From a virus (Duplodnaviria > Heunggongvirae > Uroviricota > Caudoviricetes), in the IMG/VR virus record IMGVR_UViG_3300011727_000001, positions 19,900 through 83,899 of that record: 64,000 nt of DNA, one strand, 5' to 3'. Of this stretch, positions 34,674 to 44,055 are shown one piece after another. Both the position numbers and the translations under genes were made by a program. Every line of letters begins with the position of its first letter. The first letter of the stretch is position 1. The notes under the pieces were generated by a model. The model had not been told where the DNA came from, did not search any database, and worked only from the letters and a program-made list of their open reading frames with translations.

Positions 34674-35702
34674 TTAGAGCAGGTTGGAGATGAGGGTGAA
34701 GTGATCTTCGAAGAACCGGTCTGAACCGAGATCATCGAAGTAATACCAATCCGCGTGAGCGGCATCGTCGCCGCCGGCGACAGCGGGAAGATCAATGTGG
34801 TTCGGGATGACAAACATATACATCATCGAAACCACACGACCGCGCAGTGACCGTGACGGATTATCGGCAAGCTCGTGGCTGGCCAGATTATGTTCGATGT
34901 TGGACAGATCGAGACCGGTTTCTTCCTTCAGCTCACGCTTAGCGGCTTCAAGAAAAGTTTCACCGCTTTCAACGAAACCGCCGGGTGTCGCGAGCAATCC
35001 GCGTCCAATTGCTTTACCGCGTGTCACAAGCAGGATCTTACCGCGATGAACAACGAGAGCGTCTGCGGCGAGAAATGGCCCTGTGCCGTATTCTTCACGG
35101 TTACGCTGATATGTATCGACCTCAGCCACAAGGTTTTTGAACGCATCGCTGAAAGTGAATGCTTTCATCCAAGGCAAGAGGCGAGCGGAGACTGCATCTT
35201 GCGGCAGGCGCGGCAGGCGGCGCAAATATTCGATCCGAATATCGGAAGCGTTAATGGTGCCATGCTGGGCTGTCAGCTGAACGGAGTTCCATTCGGGAAA
35301 CATATTCAGATAGTAGGACGAGGCATCTTTGCCGTATCCGGTTAACGCAATCGTTACGTCGCGCAGACCATGATTACGAAAACCACCGCCGTTGAGATGA
35401 TCCAAGACAGCTTCGTTAACGGTTTTGCGCAGTTCATTCGCCCAACGATAGTCCGGCTGGTAATCGCGAAGAGGGGCGATGATAATGCGGCCGGACATTA
35501 CTTCGTGACGGAACACGCTTTCGATCATTTCTTTTCGTTCATCAAAGGTGAACGGGTTGATCGGCGTGCGAGCCTGATAGGCAGAGCCGACAATCAGAAT
35601 GAGAGTTTCAACCTTGTTCAAGGCTTCGCGAATAACGTGCTCATGCCCGATATGCAGTGGCTGGAAGCGCCCAATGTAAACGCCGTAATTGTAGTCAGCC
35701 AT
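34674..35702 (-). CDS. Bifunctional NMN adenylyltransferase (NadM-type) with C-terminal Nudix hydrolase
   Basis: N-terminal GRFQPLHIGH nucleotidyltransferase motif. C-terminal Nudix box GGFVESGETFLEAAKRELKEETGL. Confidence 0.8.
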   Translation of the reverse strand: MADYNYGVYIGRFQPLHIGHEHVIREALNKVETLILIVGSAYQARTPINPFTFDERKEMIESVFRHEVMSGRIIIAPLRDYQPDYRWANELRKTVNEAVLDHLNGGGFRNHGLRDVTIALTGYGKDASSYYLNMFPEWNSVQLTAQHGTINASDIRIEYLRRLPRLPQDAVSARLLPWMKAFTFSDAFKNLVAEVDTYQRNREEYGTGPFLAADALVVHRGKILLVTRGKAIGRGLLATPGGFVESGETFLEAAKRELKEETGLDLSNIEHNLASHELADNPSRSLRGRVVSMMYMFVIPNHIDLPAVAGGDDAAHADWYYFDDLGSDRFFEDHFTLISNLL

Positions 35703-35898
35703 GAAAGATATTCCTTTTTATGTTGAAGATTTTATCGCCGCATCGCGCCACTTCCCCGTCGAAATCATCAATAGGATCAGAGTAGTAGGTGCTGCCGTCT
35801 TTCACGCCGGATATCTTGTGAGCTACACCGGCGACGATTATGCGATCGCTTCCAATGTTGAGAAATCTTGCGCTATGCAGAGTTGCTTCGGTTTTCAT
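35695..35898 (-). CDS. Hypothetical protein
   Basis: 67 aa. Confidence 0.3.
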   Translation of the reverse strand: MKTEATLHSARFLNIGSDRIIVAGVAHKISGVKDGSTYYSDPIDDFDGEVARCGDKIFNIKRNIFHG

Positions 35899-35905
35899 GA
35901 TTAGC

Positions 35906-35932
35906 CTATGAGTAATCAGTTACTTATTACGC
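35906..35932 (-). promoter_or_regulatory. Promoter-like motif
   Basis: CTATGAGTAATCAGTTACTTATTACGC. Confidence 0.45.
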
Positions 35933-35938
35933 GGCTGA

Positions 35939-36280
35939 TTAAAAATCACCGTTGCTCTGTCTGGTGCTTAGAAGGTCGAGACCAAACTTAATTGCCGAAC
36001 AATACGAAGGTTTGGCTAAGTGGCTTTCGGGAAATTCGCGATTGGATAGAAGAGGTGAGCCGTCGGATGTCTTACGAGCCGGTTTGTATTCGCGATTAAT
36101 CAGAATACACCGTGCTGTATGATCGCCGAGTCCATAACAGGGTAATTCAGCCATCTTCGGCACACTTTCGCCGACTGTAGAAAGAGCTGAATACGTGGTC
36201 GCTAATGCGGGATTGCTAATCATAGCGAGTGCGGCGGTTGTTGCGAAAAACTTGGTGATCTTCATGATTTTCACTTTCAT
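35939..36280 (-). CDS. Small secreted protein (signal peptide, Cys-containing)
   Basis: MKVKIMKITKFFATTAALAMISNPALA. Confidence 0.4.
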   Translation of the reverse strand: MKVKIMKITKFFATTAALAMISNPALATTYSALSTVGESVPKMAELPCYGLGDHTARCILINREYKPARKTSDGSPLLSNREFPESHLAKPSYCSAIKFGLDLLSTRQSNGDF

Positions 36281-36368
36281 TTATTGCGATGATTATTTTT
36301 CGCATGATCAGACGAGGGATGCGGGAGGATAGTGAAGGAACTTTCGCTCCTTCACTATTTTGAGAGGG

Positions 36369-36789
36369 TTATTCTTCGTCGAGGGCGGCCAGCTCCTTCA
36401 TAAGTTCTTCCTTGGATTTCGCTTTCAGGTCGCCTTCTTCGCGAACCGAGATAGCTTCGAGAATGCGTTGGCGCTGAGCGGCCTTTTCGCGTTTCTTCAA
36501 CACGGCCGATGCTTCTTCGGTCTTGACCGCATAAACACGCTTCACGATTTCCAGCTCGGCTTCGAGCAGAGTTTTTCGGTCGTTATCCTTTTTCAGGATC
36601 GCGCCACCCAGGATACTACCGGTTGAAAGTTTTTCGATTTCCGAATTGATCTGCTGCGCGATAGCTTCAAGATCAAAGCCATCTTTCGAGGAGACCGGAA
36701 CCTCCCAAAGCTGCTCGGTATTGATGAAGCCACGATTGGTCGGAAAACGCGATTTACTGCGCGAGGCGAGTTCGAAAATATTCATATCC
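36369..36789 (-). CDS. Hypothetical protein (start probably the internal MDMNIF)
   Basis: The N-terminal part of the track ORF overlaps the upstream 668-aa gene in another frame. Confidence 0.35.
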
Positions 36790-36831
36790 ATCTTCCTTAT
36801 GGATTCGAGTTGAGAGGGATGCGGCGCCGGA

Positions 36832-38838
36832 TCAGAACTTGATCCGGTAAGCCTTACTGCCGCGAGTTGTATCGACAACGACAACAGCTTCATCTTTACG
36901 GGTTGAGGAGAAGCCAACGCCTGAAAGCTGCTCAGTTGACGGCTGTGTTTTTGTTTTCGCACCCAGCACTTCAAAGACCTTCCGATGTTCTTCGAGGTCG
37001 CCGCGCAGAAATTCATTGTAAATTCCGCGTGCCTGGTCGGGATTCAGACAATCCTTGAGGATAAAGAACCAGTGCTTGTTGCCGATCTGCTGGCTATCCC
37101 AGTGATTAGGGGAGGCGAGCAGTGTATTTACCGGCACAAGGGTCTCGGTTGAGACGCCCCATTTTTCGATCGATCCGGATGTCGGTGACAGCTTTTCGCT
37201 AGGTTTGAAGTCCGTTACCGTGCCATTCTTCACAATGAAACTGGCAAGGGTGATGCGTTCACCTGGGGTGACAATTTTCGGATAACTGAATGTCTTAGTT
37301 TCGCCGTTGAAGTAGAACTCAACTTCAAAACCAACATCTTCACGCCGACGCTGACTGTATTGATGCACTTCGATGGTGTAAGCGCCATCGCGTGGCTTGC
37401 GCCAGCTAAGATTTTCAACCGGTGCTTTTGGATCGTGCTTATCCATACCGTTCATGTCCACGTCCAAGACGCCATGACGATTGCGATAATAAATATGACC
37501 TTCTGGGGCAATGGCGTGCAGATCGAGATCGTCGGCGTTATGCCATGAAAGCGAGACACGCAGCGGAACGTCGATATTACCACCGGCGCGCTTAACGCGC
37601 TCTTTGATGGAGTCGGTCACATCGCCATTATAAGACCAGGCGAAATCATTATCCCATTTAAACAGCTTACCGGTGTTTTCCTGCAGCGGTGCCGTCATGC
37701 TCATGAAATTACCGAGGTGTTGATTTTCAACCAGCAATTTAATGGAGCGCGCGGTCGGCACGATGTTTGCCAAGAAATCATCAATTGAGATATTTTCGGC
37801 CTTATCGATTTTAACCGCTGTTGGTTTAACCGCTTCCATCAGAAGGTCAGTCAAACCGCCCTTCATTTGACCGCGCACAGCGTTATCAACGAACAGAACA
37901 TTATTGACGGATACATCGGACAGTTTTGCAAAGCGACGATGGATAGCGCCTTCCAGACCCAGCACATGCAGTTTAGCAACCGCCTGTTCGATCATCTTTG
38001 GCGTAATCAAAGAGGAGGAGCGCTTGTAATTCTGCGGTGCAACCTTGCTTTCGTATTTAGCAACTGCCTTTTCCAGCTCAACACCATCAGACAGATCCAC
38101 AACCAATGTGCCGATCACTGTATTGCGGAAGAGAGCTACCGGATTGATACGGTTACCGCCCAATGTGTGAGCGAGATTTGACCAGGAAAAGGCTTCTTTA
38201 TTGTCGGACTTATCAAAATCCGCTTTCAACTTCCGGAAGGCTTTCACAGCATCTGCGAATTCAGCGCCGCGATAGATACTGTTGGATTTGATCAGATCAT
38301 CGACCGTTGTAAGAGCGTCATTGGTCAGCTCTGTAAGGCCGCGCCAGAAAACACCGTAATTTGTATTGATTGAGCCGCGATCAGCGTCCGGCTTCGGCGA
38401 GAAATGACGATTTTCGATCGGAACCAGAAAGTGATTGAAGGTATGGGATGTGCCGTCAATCAGCTCATAATTCTGTTTGTGACCGAACTGACGTTCGCGA
38501 GTGCGGAATACACCGTTGATCAGGTGCGCTTGAACCACTTCGTGCAGTTTCTTCGCAACCACGTCATATGGATAAGGAAGGTTTGGAATATCCCAGAGTG
38601 TTTCAAGTTTGCCGTTGATGATAGCGACAACATGACCGACATTACGAATGAAGGAACGATCGTAAGAACCGTCGTGAACAGTGCGAACACGGAAAATAGG
38701 ATCAGTGCCTTCAGGAAAGGTTTCGAGATAGGTCTCCCACAGCTGGTCACGCTCTACACCGACGGTATAAAGCTCATGCTTTGACAGCTGGGCGAAACGA
38801 TGCGCCACAAGATTGGCGAACTTAACAAATTCAGACAT
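36832..38838 (-). CDS. Large protein of unknown function (668 aa)
   Basis: Long uninterrupted ORF, RBS and promoter motif upstream. No recognisable motif. Confidence 0.5.
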   Translation of the reverse strand: MSEFVKFANLVAHRFAQLSKHELYTVGVERDQLWETYLETFPEGTDPIFRVRTVHDGSYDRSFIRNVGHVVAIINGKLETLWDIPNLPYPYDVVAKKLHEVVQAHLINGVFRTRERQFGHKQNYELIDGTSHTFNHFLVPIENRHFSPKPDADRGSINTNYGVFWRGLTELTNDALTTVDDLIKSNSIYRGAEFADAVKAFRKLKADFDKSDNKEAFSWSNLAHTLGGNRINPVALFRNTVIGTLVVDLSDGVELEKAVAKYESKVAPQNYKRSSSLITPKMIEQAVAKLHVLGLEGAIHRRFAKLSDVSVNNVLFVDNAVRGQMKGGLTDLLMEAVKPTAVKIDKAENISIDDFLANIVPTARSIKLLVENQHLGNFMSMTAPLQENTGKLFKWDNDFAWSYNGDVTDSIKERVKRAGGNIDVPLRVSLSWHNADDLDLHAIAPEGHIYYRNRHGVLDVDMNGMDKHDPKAPVENLSWRKPRDGAYTIEVHQYSQRRREDVGFEVEFYFNGETKTFSYPKIVTPGERITLASFIVKNGTVTDFKPSEKLSPTSGSIEKWGVSTETLVPVNTLLASPNHWDSQQIGNKHWFFILKDCLNPDQARGIYNEFLRGDLEEHRKVFEVLGAKTKTQPSTEQLSGVGFSSTRKDEAVVVVDTTRGSKAYRIKF

Positions 38839-38854
38839 CGGGTTTTTCTACTCC

Positions 38855-38888
38855 GTTAAGTAATCAGTTACTGATTATTGCAAATAAA
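38855..38888 (-). promoter_or_regulatory. Promoter-like motif
   Basis: CCGTTAAGTAATCAGTTACTGATTATTGCAAATAAA. Confidence 0.45.
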
Positions 38889-38925
38889 ATCTAGCAATCT
38901 CTTGAGTGGATTGCGGGAGGGTTGT

Positions 38926-39150
38926 TTAGAAACCGCCTGGTTTAAGGTGGTTGCAGTGAGTGCAAATTTTGTCGTCGGAATACACAACGGTAAAAACGTG
39001 TGGGCCGCCAAATCGAGCGATTTCAATTCCAATTGAACGCCATTTATGTCGATTAAGACGACATAGAAGCTTCCTTACGAGCTTTCGCACGGGCTTGCCT
39101 TTCTCTGTATTGAGTAAGGAGAACATCGGATTCAGCCCAATCATGAACAT
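38926..39150 (-). CDS. Small zinc-finger-like protein
   Basis: 74 aa, C-terminal CTHCNH. Confidence 0.3.
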   Translation of the reverse strand: MFMIGLNPMFSLLNTEKGKPVRKLVRKLLCRLNRHKWRSIGIEIARFGGPHVFTVVYSDDKICTHCNHLKPGGF

Positions 39151-39361
39151 TCGCGATGTGGGTTGCGCAGTTGCAGCGCCAGCATTTGGCTTTTAGACGG
39201 ACGTGGTGGGTGCCTAGATTATCAACCACCCCAGGCTCTGGTTGAAGATATGGTTCACCTCCCCACCATCCAGCGCACCAGATGTGTCCGAAGAGACGGC
39301 ACATAATACCAGTCTTCTCCCATTTATTGGCTTTCCAACGAAGAACAACGCGCTCCGTCAT
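39053..39361 (-). CDS. Small Cys/His/Trp-rich protein
   Basis: 102 aa. CWRCNC. Confidence 0.3.
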   Translation of the reverse strand: MTERVVLRWKANKWEKTGIMCRLFGHIWCAGWWGGEPYLQPEPGVVDNLGTHHVRLKAKCWRCNCATHIANVHDWAESDVLLTQYRERQARAKARKEASMSS

Positions 39362-39954
39362 TCTTCTTCCACCGTTTCATCATCGCCGCCTGGATCGAAA
39401 TCGATCAATACTCGCCGCGGTCGGCCGCCTTCACCATATTCGATGTAAACGGGGTATGAACCATCACCATAAAAGGTCGAGATCATCACACCCATACCAT
39501 CGTGTCCGCCATCATGCTGAAAAGATGCGAAACCTTTATCAACCGTAGTTGGTGTGAAGGGATTTGCTGCTTCAAATTCTTTATAAATACGGTCGATCAG
39601 ATCACGTTTGGCGATATTCTCTGGCGTATTCCATTTTTGATGTTCAGGCTGAACACCTTCGATGCGTGGGTTGGCCATCAACCAGTTTCGCCACTCTGTA
39701 TGTTCATGAAGGAAGTTGTCGCGATTGTTAGCCCAGCGCTGAAATTCACGACTGCGGTCATTATATCCGGAGCGCTTAAAGAAGCGATCACAAATGCCAT
39801 GCCAGTTATCGCCCAGATCTTTCGGACGAGCTTCGTTATTATCCTTCAGAACATAGCAGCCATCACCGATCCAGATAGAGCCGGCGTCAACATCAATGGA
39901 ACTTACTTCCAAGAAATTTGGAAATTTTGGATGAGAGTTTTGAACATCAGCCAT
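39358..39954 (-). CDS. Hypothetical protein
   Basis: ~198 aa from MADVQ. Confidence 0.35.
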   Translation of the reverse strand: MADVQNSHPKFPNFLEVSSIDVDAGSIWIGDGCYVLKDNNEARPKDLGDNWHGICDRFFKRSGYNDRSREFQRWANNRDNFLHEHTEWRNWLMANPRIEGVQPEHQKWNTPENIAKRDLIDRIYKEFEAANPFTPTTVDKGFASFQHDGGHDGMGVMISTFYGDGSYPVYIEYGEGGRPRRVLIDFDPGGDDETVEEE

Positions 39955-40304
39955 CACGCATACTCCTCCGCCCAAGTCTCTGCGAAACGGCAGTTCCCCG
40001 GCATGTCAGCAAACATCGGGCGAATTTCTTCGCGCTTATAACCGGCCAAACCACAGCCGATCGGCGTGACATAAAAGGTCATTTCCTGGTGGGATCGGGC
40101 GAAGGTTTTAAATTCTTCGACTGATTTGCGAATGCGTTCGAGTGGCAAGGTGCGGATCTGATGATCCTTGGTTGGAATGGCATAACTGCGCCCCTGCAAG
40201 CCTTCACCTTGAAACAGAATTGCTCCGTGTTTGCGCAGCGCGTCCAATGCAGCTCCGGCACCGTGTCGTCCAGCGAGGTTGGAGCCAAAAACAAAAATAT
40301 CCAT
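39954..40304 (-). CDS. Hypothetical protein, possible Rossmann-like nucleotide-binding fold (tentative)
   Basis: Pattern IFVFGSNLAGRHGAGAA...GRSYAIPTKD...VTPIGCGLAGY. No firm family assignment. Confidence 0.3.
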   Translation of the reverse strand: MDIFVFGSNLAGRHGAGAALDALRKHGAILFQGEGLQGRSYAIPTKDHQIRTLPLERIRKSVEEFKTFARSHQEMTFYVTPIGCGLAGYKREEIRPMFADMPGNCRFAETWAEEYA

Positions 40305-40307
40305 TTT

Positions 40308-40336
40308 CTTTCTCTCTATCAGTAAGTGATTAGTTA
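40308..40336 (-). promoter_or_regulatory. Promoter-like motif (variant AGTAAGTGATTAGTTACTATTA)
   Basis: Near-identical to the copy at 11521-11545. Confidence 0.45.
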
Positions 40337-40770
40337 CTATTATCGACGGAATTAATGCCTAATGTGGCCAAATAATCCGCTCTTTCATTTAGCGAATGAC
40401 CGGTATGACCTCGAATCCAGTTGAAGCTGACCTCATGCGCCTTGCAAAGCGCGTCAAGTTCCTTCCAGAGGTCGACGTTCTTGATGGCTTTACCTTTTGT
40501 TTTCCAGCCACGCTTTACCCAGCCATCGATCCATTTAGTCATACCATTCCGCACATATTGGCTATCGGTATAAACTTCGACGATCTGCCTTGGTCGCGTA
40601 ATAGCTTTCAATCCTTGAATTACAGCCATCAGCTCCATACGATTATTGGTCGTATCAATTTCCCCGCCATAAATTTCTTTTGAATGGCCTTTGTATCGAA
40701 GTATCGCCGCCCACCCGCCAACTCCCGGATTTGGTCTGCAGCCGCCATCTGTGTAAATTTCAATTGTCAT
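40330..40770 (-). CDS. rnhA: Ribonuclease HI
   Basis: IEIYTDGGCRPNPGVGGWAAIL, TNNRMEL, YTDSQYV and HTGHSLNERAD active-site motifs. Confidence 0.85.
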   Translation of the reverse strand: MTIEIYTDGGCRPNPGVGGWAAILRYKGHSKEIYGGEIDTTNNRMELMAVIQGLKAITRPRQIVEVYTDSQYVRNGMTKWIDGWVKRGWKTKGKAIKNVDLWKELDALCKAHEVSFNWIRGHTGHSLNERADYLATLGINSVDNSN

Positions 40771-41276
40771 TAAGGTTCAACCCTTTCAGCAAAAGCGACC
40801 ACTTGAACGCCCTTCGAGGTATTCCAATCGATGCAGCCACGAGCTGGCTCATCCGGAACGAGAAAGATCCGGAGCGTATGCTCGTCAGCGTTTTTAGGTT
40901 CTTCTGGGGAGAGAGTGGCTTCGAACGTATCTACCGCGTTCATTGTCTCCCAAAACTTACGCCACATATCGAACGCAACTTCGGGGTTTTCAGCGCGAAC
41001 AAACTGATCTGCGCTGTCGCCGTTGGCATCGTAGCCGGTGATGAAGTAGAGATTGAAGGCCGGAGTGATTTCAGCATCCTCGGCTTTCTCGGTTTCACCT
41101 TCCATAATAATCGTGTCGTCAAACGTGCGAATATCGTCCGTTTCGGCCCAATCCAACTTGGAGGCGTTTTCCCGAAGGGCGGCGAATTTCTCAGCGTCCT
41201 CGGCAGATTTTGCTTGAACAATAGCCTGTTCAATAAGGTAGGCGTCGCGACCGCGCTTAACCAAGTAATTCTGCAT
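40770..41276 (-). CDS. Hypothetical acidic protein
   Basis: 168 aa. Confidence 0.35.
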   Translation of the reverse strand: MQNYLVKRGRDAYLIEQAIVQAKSAEDAEKFAALRENASKLDWAETDDIRTFDDTIIMEGETEKAEDAEITPAFNLYFITGYDANGDSADQFVRAENPEVAFDMWRKFWETMNAVDTFEATLSPEEPKNADEHTLRIFLVPDEPARGCIDWNTSKGVQVVAFAERVEP

Positions 41277-41290
41277 TTTCTCTCTCCTGC

Positions 41291-41316
41291 ACTAAGTGCT
41301 TACTTATTTATAGCGG
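41291..41316 (-). promoter_or_regulatory. Promoter-like motif
   Basis: ACTAAGTGCTTACTTATTTATAGCGG. Confidence 0.45.
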
Positions 41317-41391
41317 ACTTAAAAAGGGTCGCATCGGGTTTCTTATTTGCGGCGTATTTATTTTCACGAATACGCCGCAAACTCTTCGATC

Positions 41392-42174
41392 TTAGGGTGC
41401 TGGATTGAGGATAGCTCGGAGTTTTACGGCTACTGCAGAGTTTGCATTCAGCTCAAGGGACTGTTTTGTGCGCGTGGCGATCTTCACAGTGTCGAACAGG
41501 TTCATAATCTGTCCGGCTTGACTACGAGCCGTTCCCTCGTTGTAACCTTCAGTATCAGATTTGGCACCGGCCATTTTATAAGCCGCAACAAGCTCGGTGG
41601 AGGACATCGTGCCGGTCTTTTCGAGCAGATTGAATGCCATCACGACGAATGTAGATGGCGCGCGGCCGGAGGCCAGTGACGTAAAGAGATTTTCAAACTT
41701 CTCCGCAACTTTCTTCTGTGTAGGGATGAGTTTAAGCGTATCAGCTTTGACTTGATCCAACGCCGCATCATCGAGCGGAACGCTGCTGACTTCGAGCAGA
41801 AAGTATTCCGAGGCGACACTGTTAAGGTCACGCGCTACGCGCGGCGCGGCTGGCGCACGGGGAGTTTTTGACGCCTTAACGACTGTCTGTGTCGTAGCGG
41901 GCGCGGCTGCGATAGCGCTCTCCTGTTCCGCATACGCCTCCTGGCGTTCGATTGTTGCCTCAACCTTGCGAAGATCGCTTTCGTCCAGCGTAAGATCATC
42001 CAGGCTTGTATCGATTTCCGGGTTTTCGACGACAACATCGGCAACAGCCTGATCAACGGCTTCGATTAATTCTTCCAGATCATCATCAGAGCCGCTAATT
42101 TCGAGATCGCCCAGAAGATTATCAATCTCCGACATATCAGTGGCGCTTACTGTTTTATTATTCGCATCCATCAT
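41392..42174 (-). CDS. Hypothetical protein with a strongly acidic N-terminal half
   Basis: 260 aa. First ~90 aa very rich in Asp/Glu. Confidence 0.35.
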   Translation of the reverse strand: MMDANNKTVSATDMSEIDNLLGDLEISGSDDDLEELIEAVDQAVADVVVENPEIDTSLDDLTLDESDLRKVEATIERQEAYAEQESAIAAAPATTQTVVKASKTPRAPAAPRVARDLNSVASEYFLLEVSSVPLDDAALDQVKADTLKLIPTQKKVAEKFENLFTSLASGRAPSTFVVMAFNLLEKTGTMSSTELVAAYKMAGAKSDTEGYNEGTARSQAGQIMNLFDTVKIATRTKQSLELNANSAVAVKLRAILNPAP

Positions 42175-42253
42175 ATTTCTCCGTTTCGCTCTGCGCTTTA
42201 TTGCGCTTGTTACTTTTTATAGATCAGAGCGAAACGGGGTGCGGCTGGGTTGT

Positions 42254-42505
42254 TTAGGAAGTTTTATTATCCTTTTCACGTTCAAGAAAAGCGTCAACAG
42301 CCTCGCTGATCAAGGTCGTGCCGATACCTTGCATATATGAGGGAATAAGGAATGGAACGATCGTTTTACGTCCATTACTGAAACTAAACATATATACCGT
42401 GGCGCAGCGACCACGGGTTAAACCGCTTGATACTTCCAAGGTTTCGCTATCAAGGCGTGTAACGGTGAGATCCTTGATGCTAGGCGGCATTTTTCTCATC
42501 CTCAA
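42254..42505 (-). CDS. Hypothetical protein
   Basis: 83 aa. Confidence 0.3.
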   Translation of the reverse strand: MRMRKMPPSIKDLTVTRLDSETLEVSSGLTRGRCATVYMFSFSNGRKTIVPFLIPSYMQGIGTTLISEAVDAFLEREKDNKTS

Positions 42506-43034
42506 GAGAGAACCAGTTCTGTTTGAAACCTTTGAAAAAGCACGCCATCATGCGGTCAACGTCATATGCCGCAGCGTGAGCCTTTGACGGGTCATATTCC
42601 TCATTCATCGCGAAACAAAGCTCTTGGAGAGTGGGTTTCTTACCATCCGGTGTAGCCCACACGCCTTTGAGCATTGTATCGATCATAGGACGGTCAGGAA
42701 GAGCCAGTCCTGCGCGTTTCAACTCGTAAGCGAGGAAAGGGCCGTCAAAGCTTTCGCCGTTGTGTGCGACGAAGTGTGTGGCTTTTGACAGCACCTTGTA
42801 GACAGCTGGCGCGACTGCTTCCCAGGTTGGCTTTCCAATAAGATCAGCCGATGAAATACCATGAACACGCTGTGCATCAACCGCAATTGAGCGCTCCGGA
42901 TCGATGCGTTGTTCAAAAGCGAAGACCTTTGTGCCATCTTCGCGCCATAGACCAATATAAACTTCAATCAAGCGATGATCCCCGATCTCAAGACCGGTGG
43001 TTTCGGTATCAAGCCCGGCAATTAGAGCGGCCAT
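42480..43034 (-). CDS. DnaQ-like 3'-5' exonuclease (DEDDh, DNA polymerase III epsilon family)
   Basis: Exo I GLDTETTGL, Exo II HNGESFDGPFL, Exo III HAAAYDVD. Confidence 0.8.
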   Translation of the reverse strand: MAALIAGLDTETTGLEIGDHRLIEVYIGLWREDGTKVFAFEQRIDPERSIAVDAQRVHGISSADLIGKPTWEAVAPAVYKVLSKATHFVAHNGESFDGPFLAYELKRAGLALPDRPMIDTMLKGVWATPDGKKPTLQELCFAMNEEYDPSKAHAAAYDVDRMMACFFKGFKQNWFSLEDEKNAA

Positions 43035-43044
43035 ATTATACTCC

Positions 43045-43587
43045 TCAGACGTGTTTCCACGTCGTGCGTTTAATGATGTTACTAAGGGTTGATCGAGCTA
43101 TCCCGAATTGATCCATAAGATCAGGCACACTCTTTGTTTCCGCCAACTTGCGAATTTCGATCACTTGATCGGCAGTAAGTTTGGCGTTTGAATTTTGGGA
43201 GCCTCGGCCGGTCTTAAGACCGTTGCGATGAGCATGGCGCTCGTTATCGCTTCCGGATGACCATTCGAGATTGGTTAGAGCGTTATTCTCTTTGTCGCCG
43301 TCGATATGGTTCACTTGCGGAAGATTACTCGGATTAGGCAGAAAGCGCAGAGCGACCGCTCGGTTCACAAGAACGGACTTTGTAAATCCCATCCAAGTCA
43401 TGTTGAAATAAACACGACCGGATTTCTTGTGAACGCGAACCTTGATTGGGTCATACTGATCTGAAACCAACTCGCCTTTATTCGTAGCCCTGCGGCAGCG
43501 TAAAATGGAGCCATCCTCTTTCGGAACGAGATAGCGATATTTGATCGCGTGAAGAATCCATTTGTCCTTATTAAAACGGCGCGTCAC
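43045..43587 (-). CDS. HNH homing-type endonuclease
   Basis: NHIDGDKENNALTNLEW...RHAHRNG HNH motif, plus a C-terminal HTH-like region. Confidence 0.65.
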   Translation of the reverse strand: MTRRFNKDKWILHAIKYRYLVPKEDGSILRCRRATNKGELVSDQYDPIKVRVHKKSGRVYFNMTWMGFTKSVLVNRAVALRFLPNPSNLPQVNHIDGDKENNALTNLEWSSGSDNERHAHRNGLKTGRGSQNSNAKLTADQVIEIRKLAETKSVPDLMDQFGIARSTLSNIIKRTTWKHV

Positions 43588-43895
43588 TTCTTACCCTTCT
43601 CGCGGATATCAGCGATGATCTGTTCGAGAATGCGAAGAAATTCTTCCTCACAAAGACCGGACATCGTATCCCAGAGCCCATCAGAGAGAATGAGTAATTC
43701 CCGGTCATTGATTTTTCCGGCTTCATAGGCCGTCACCCACTTATCGAGAGCAGCGCTACCTTTGCGCGTCAGCTCGGCTGCGAATGACGGCCAATTATCC
43801 GTGTCAGATTGCTTCACAGACATAGAGACCAACCAAATTTCCGTTTTCATCCTCTTGGCCGTCGAGGTAGTGTTTACCATCGGCGCAGCTGACAA
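43584..43895 (-). CDS. Hypothetical protein
   Basis: 103 aa. Confidence 0.3.
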   Translation of the reverse strand: MSAAPMVNTTSTAKRMKTEIWLVSMSVKQSDTDNWPSFAAELTRKGSAALDKWVTAYEAGKINDRELLILSDGLWDTMSGLCEEEFLRILEQIIADIREKGKK

Positions 43896-44010
43896 AAAGT
43901 CCCTCTTCGTCTTCCTGAACGACGACTTTGGTGTGGGGTTTTAAACACGTAAAACCTTCATCACATTTCAAGTGATCACCGGCTTTGACTTCATTGGCTT
44001 TAGCAAACAT
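43804..44010 (-). CDS. Small Cys-containing hypothetical protein
   Basis: 68 aa; overlaps the previous ORF in another frame. Confidence 0.3.
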   Translation of the reverse strand: MFAKANEVKAGDHLKCDEGFTCLKPHTKVVVQEDEEGLFVSCADGKHYLDGQEDENGNLVGLYVCEAI

Positions 44011-44021
44011 TTAGACCTCAT

Positions 44022-44050
44022 ATTAGCTAATTGATTACTTATTATAGCAA
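44022..44050 (-). promoter_or_regulatory. Promoter-like motif
   Basis: ATTAGCTAATTGATTACTTATTATAGCAA. Confidence 0.45.
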
Positions 44051-44055
44051 GCTGA

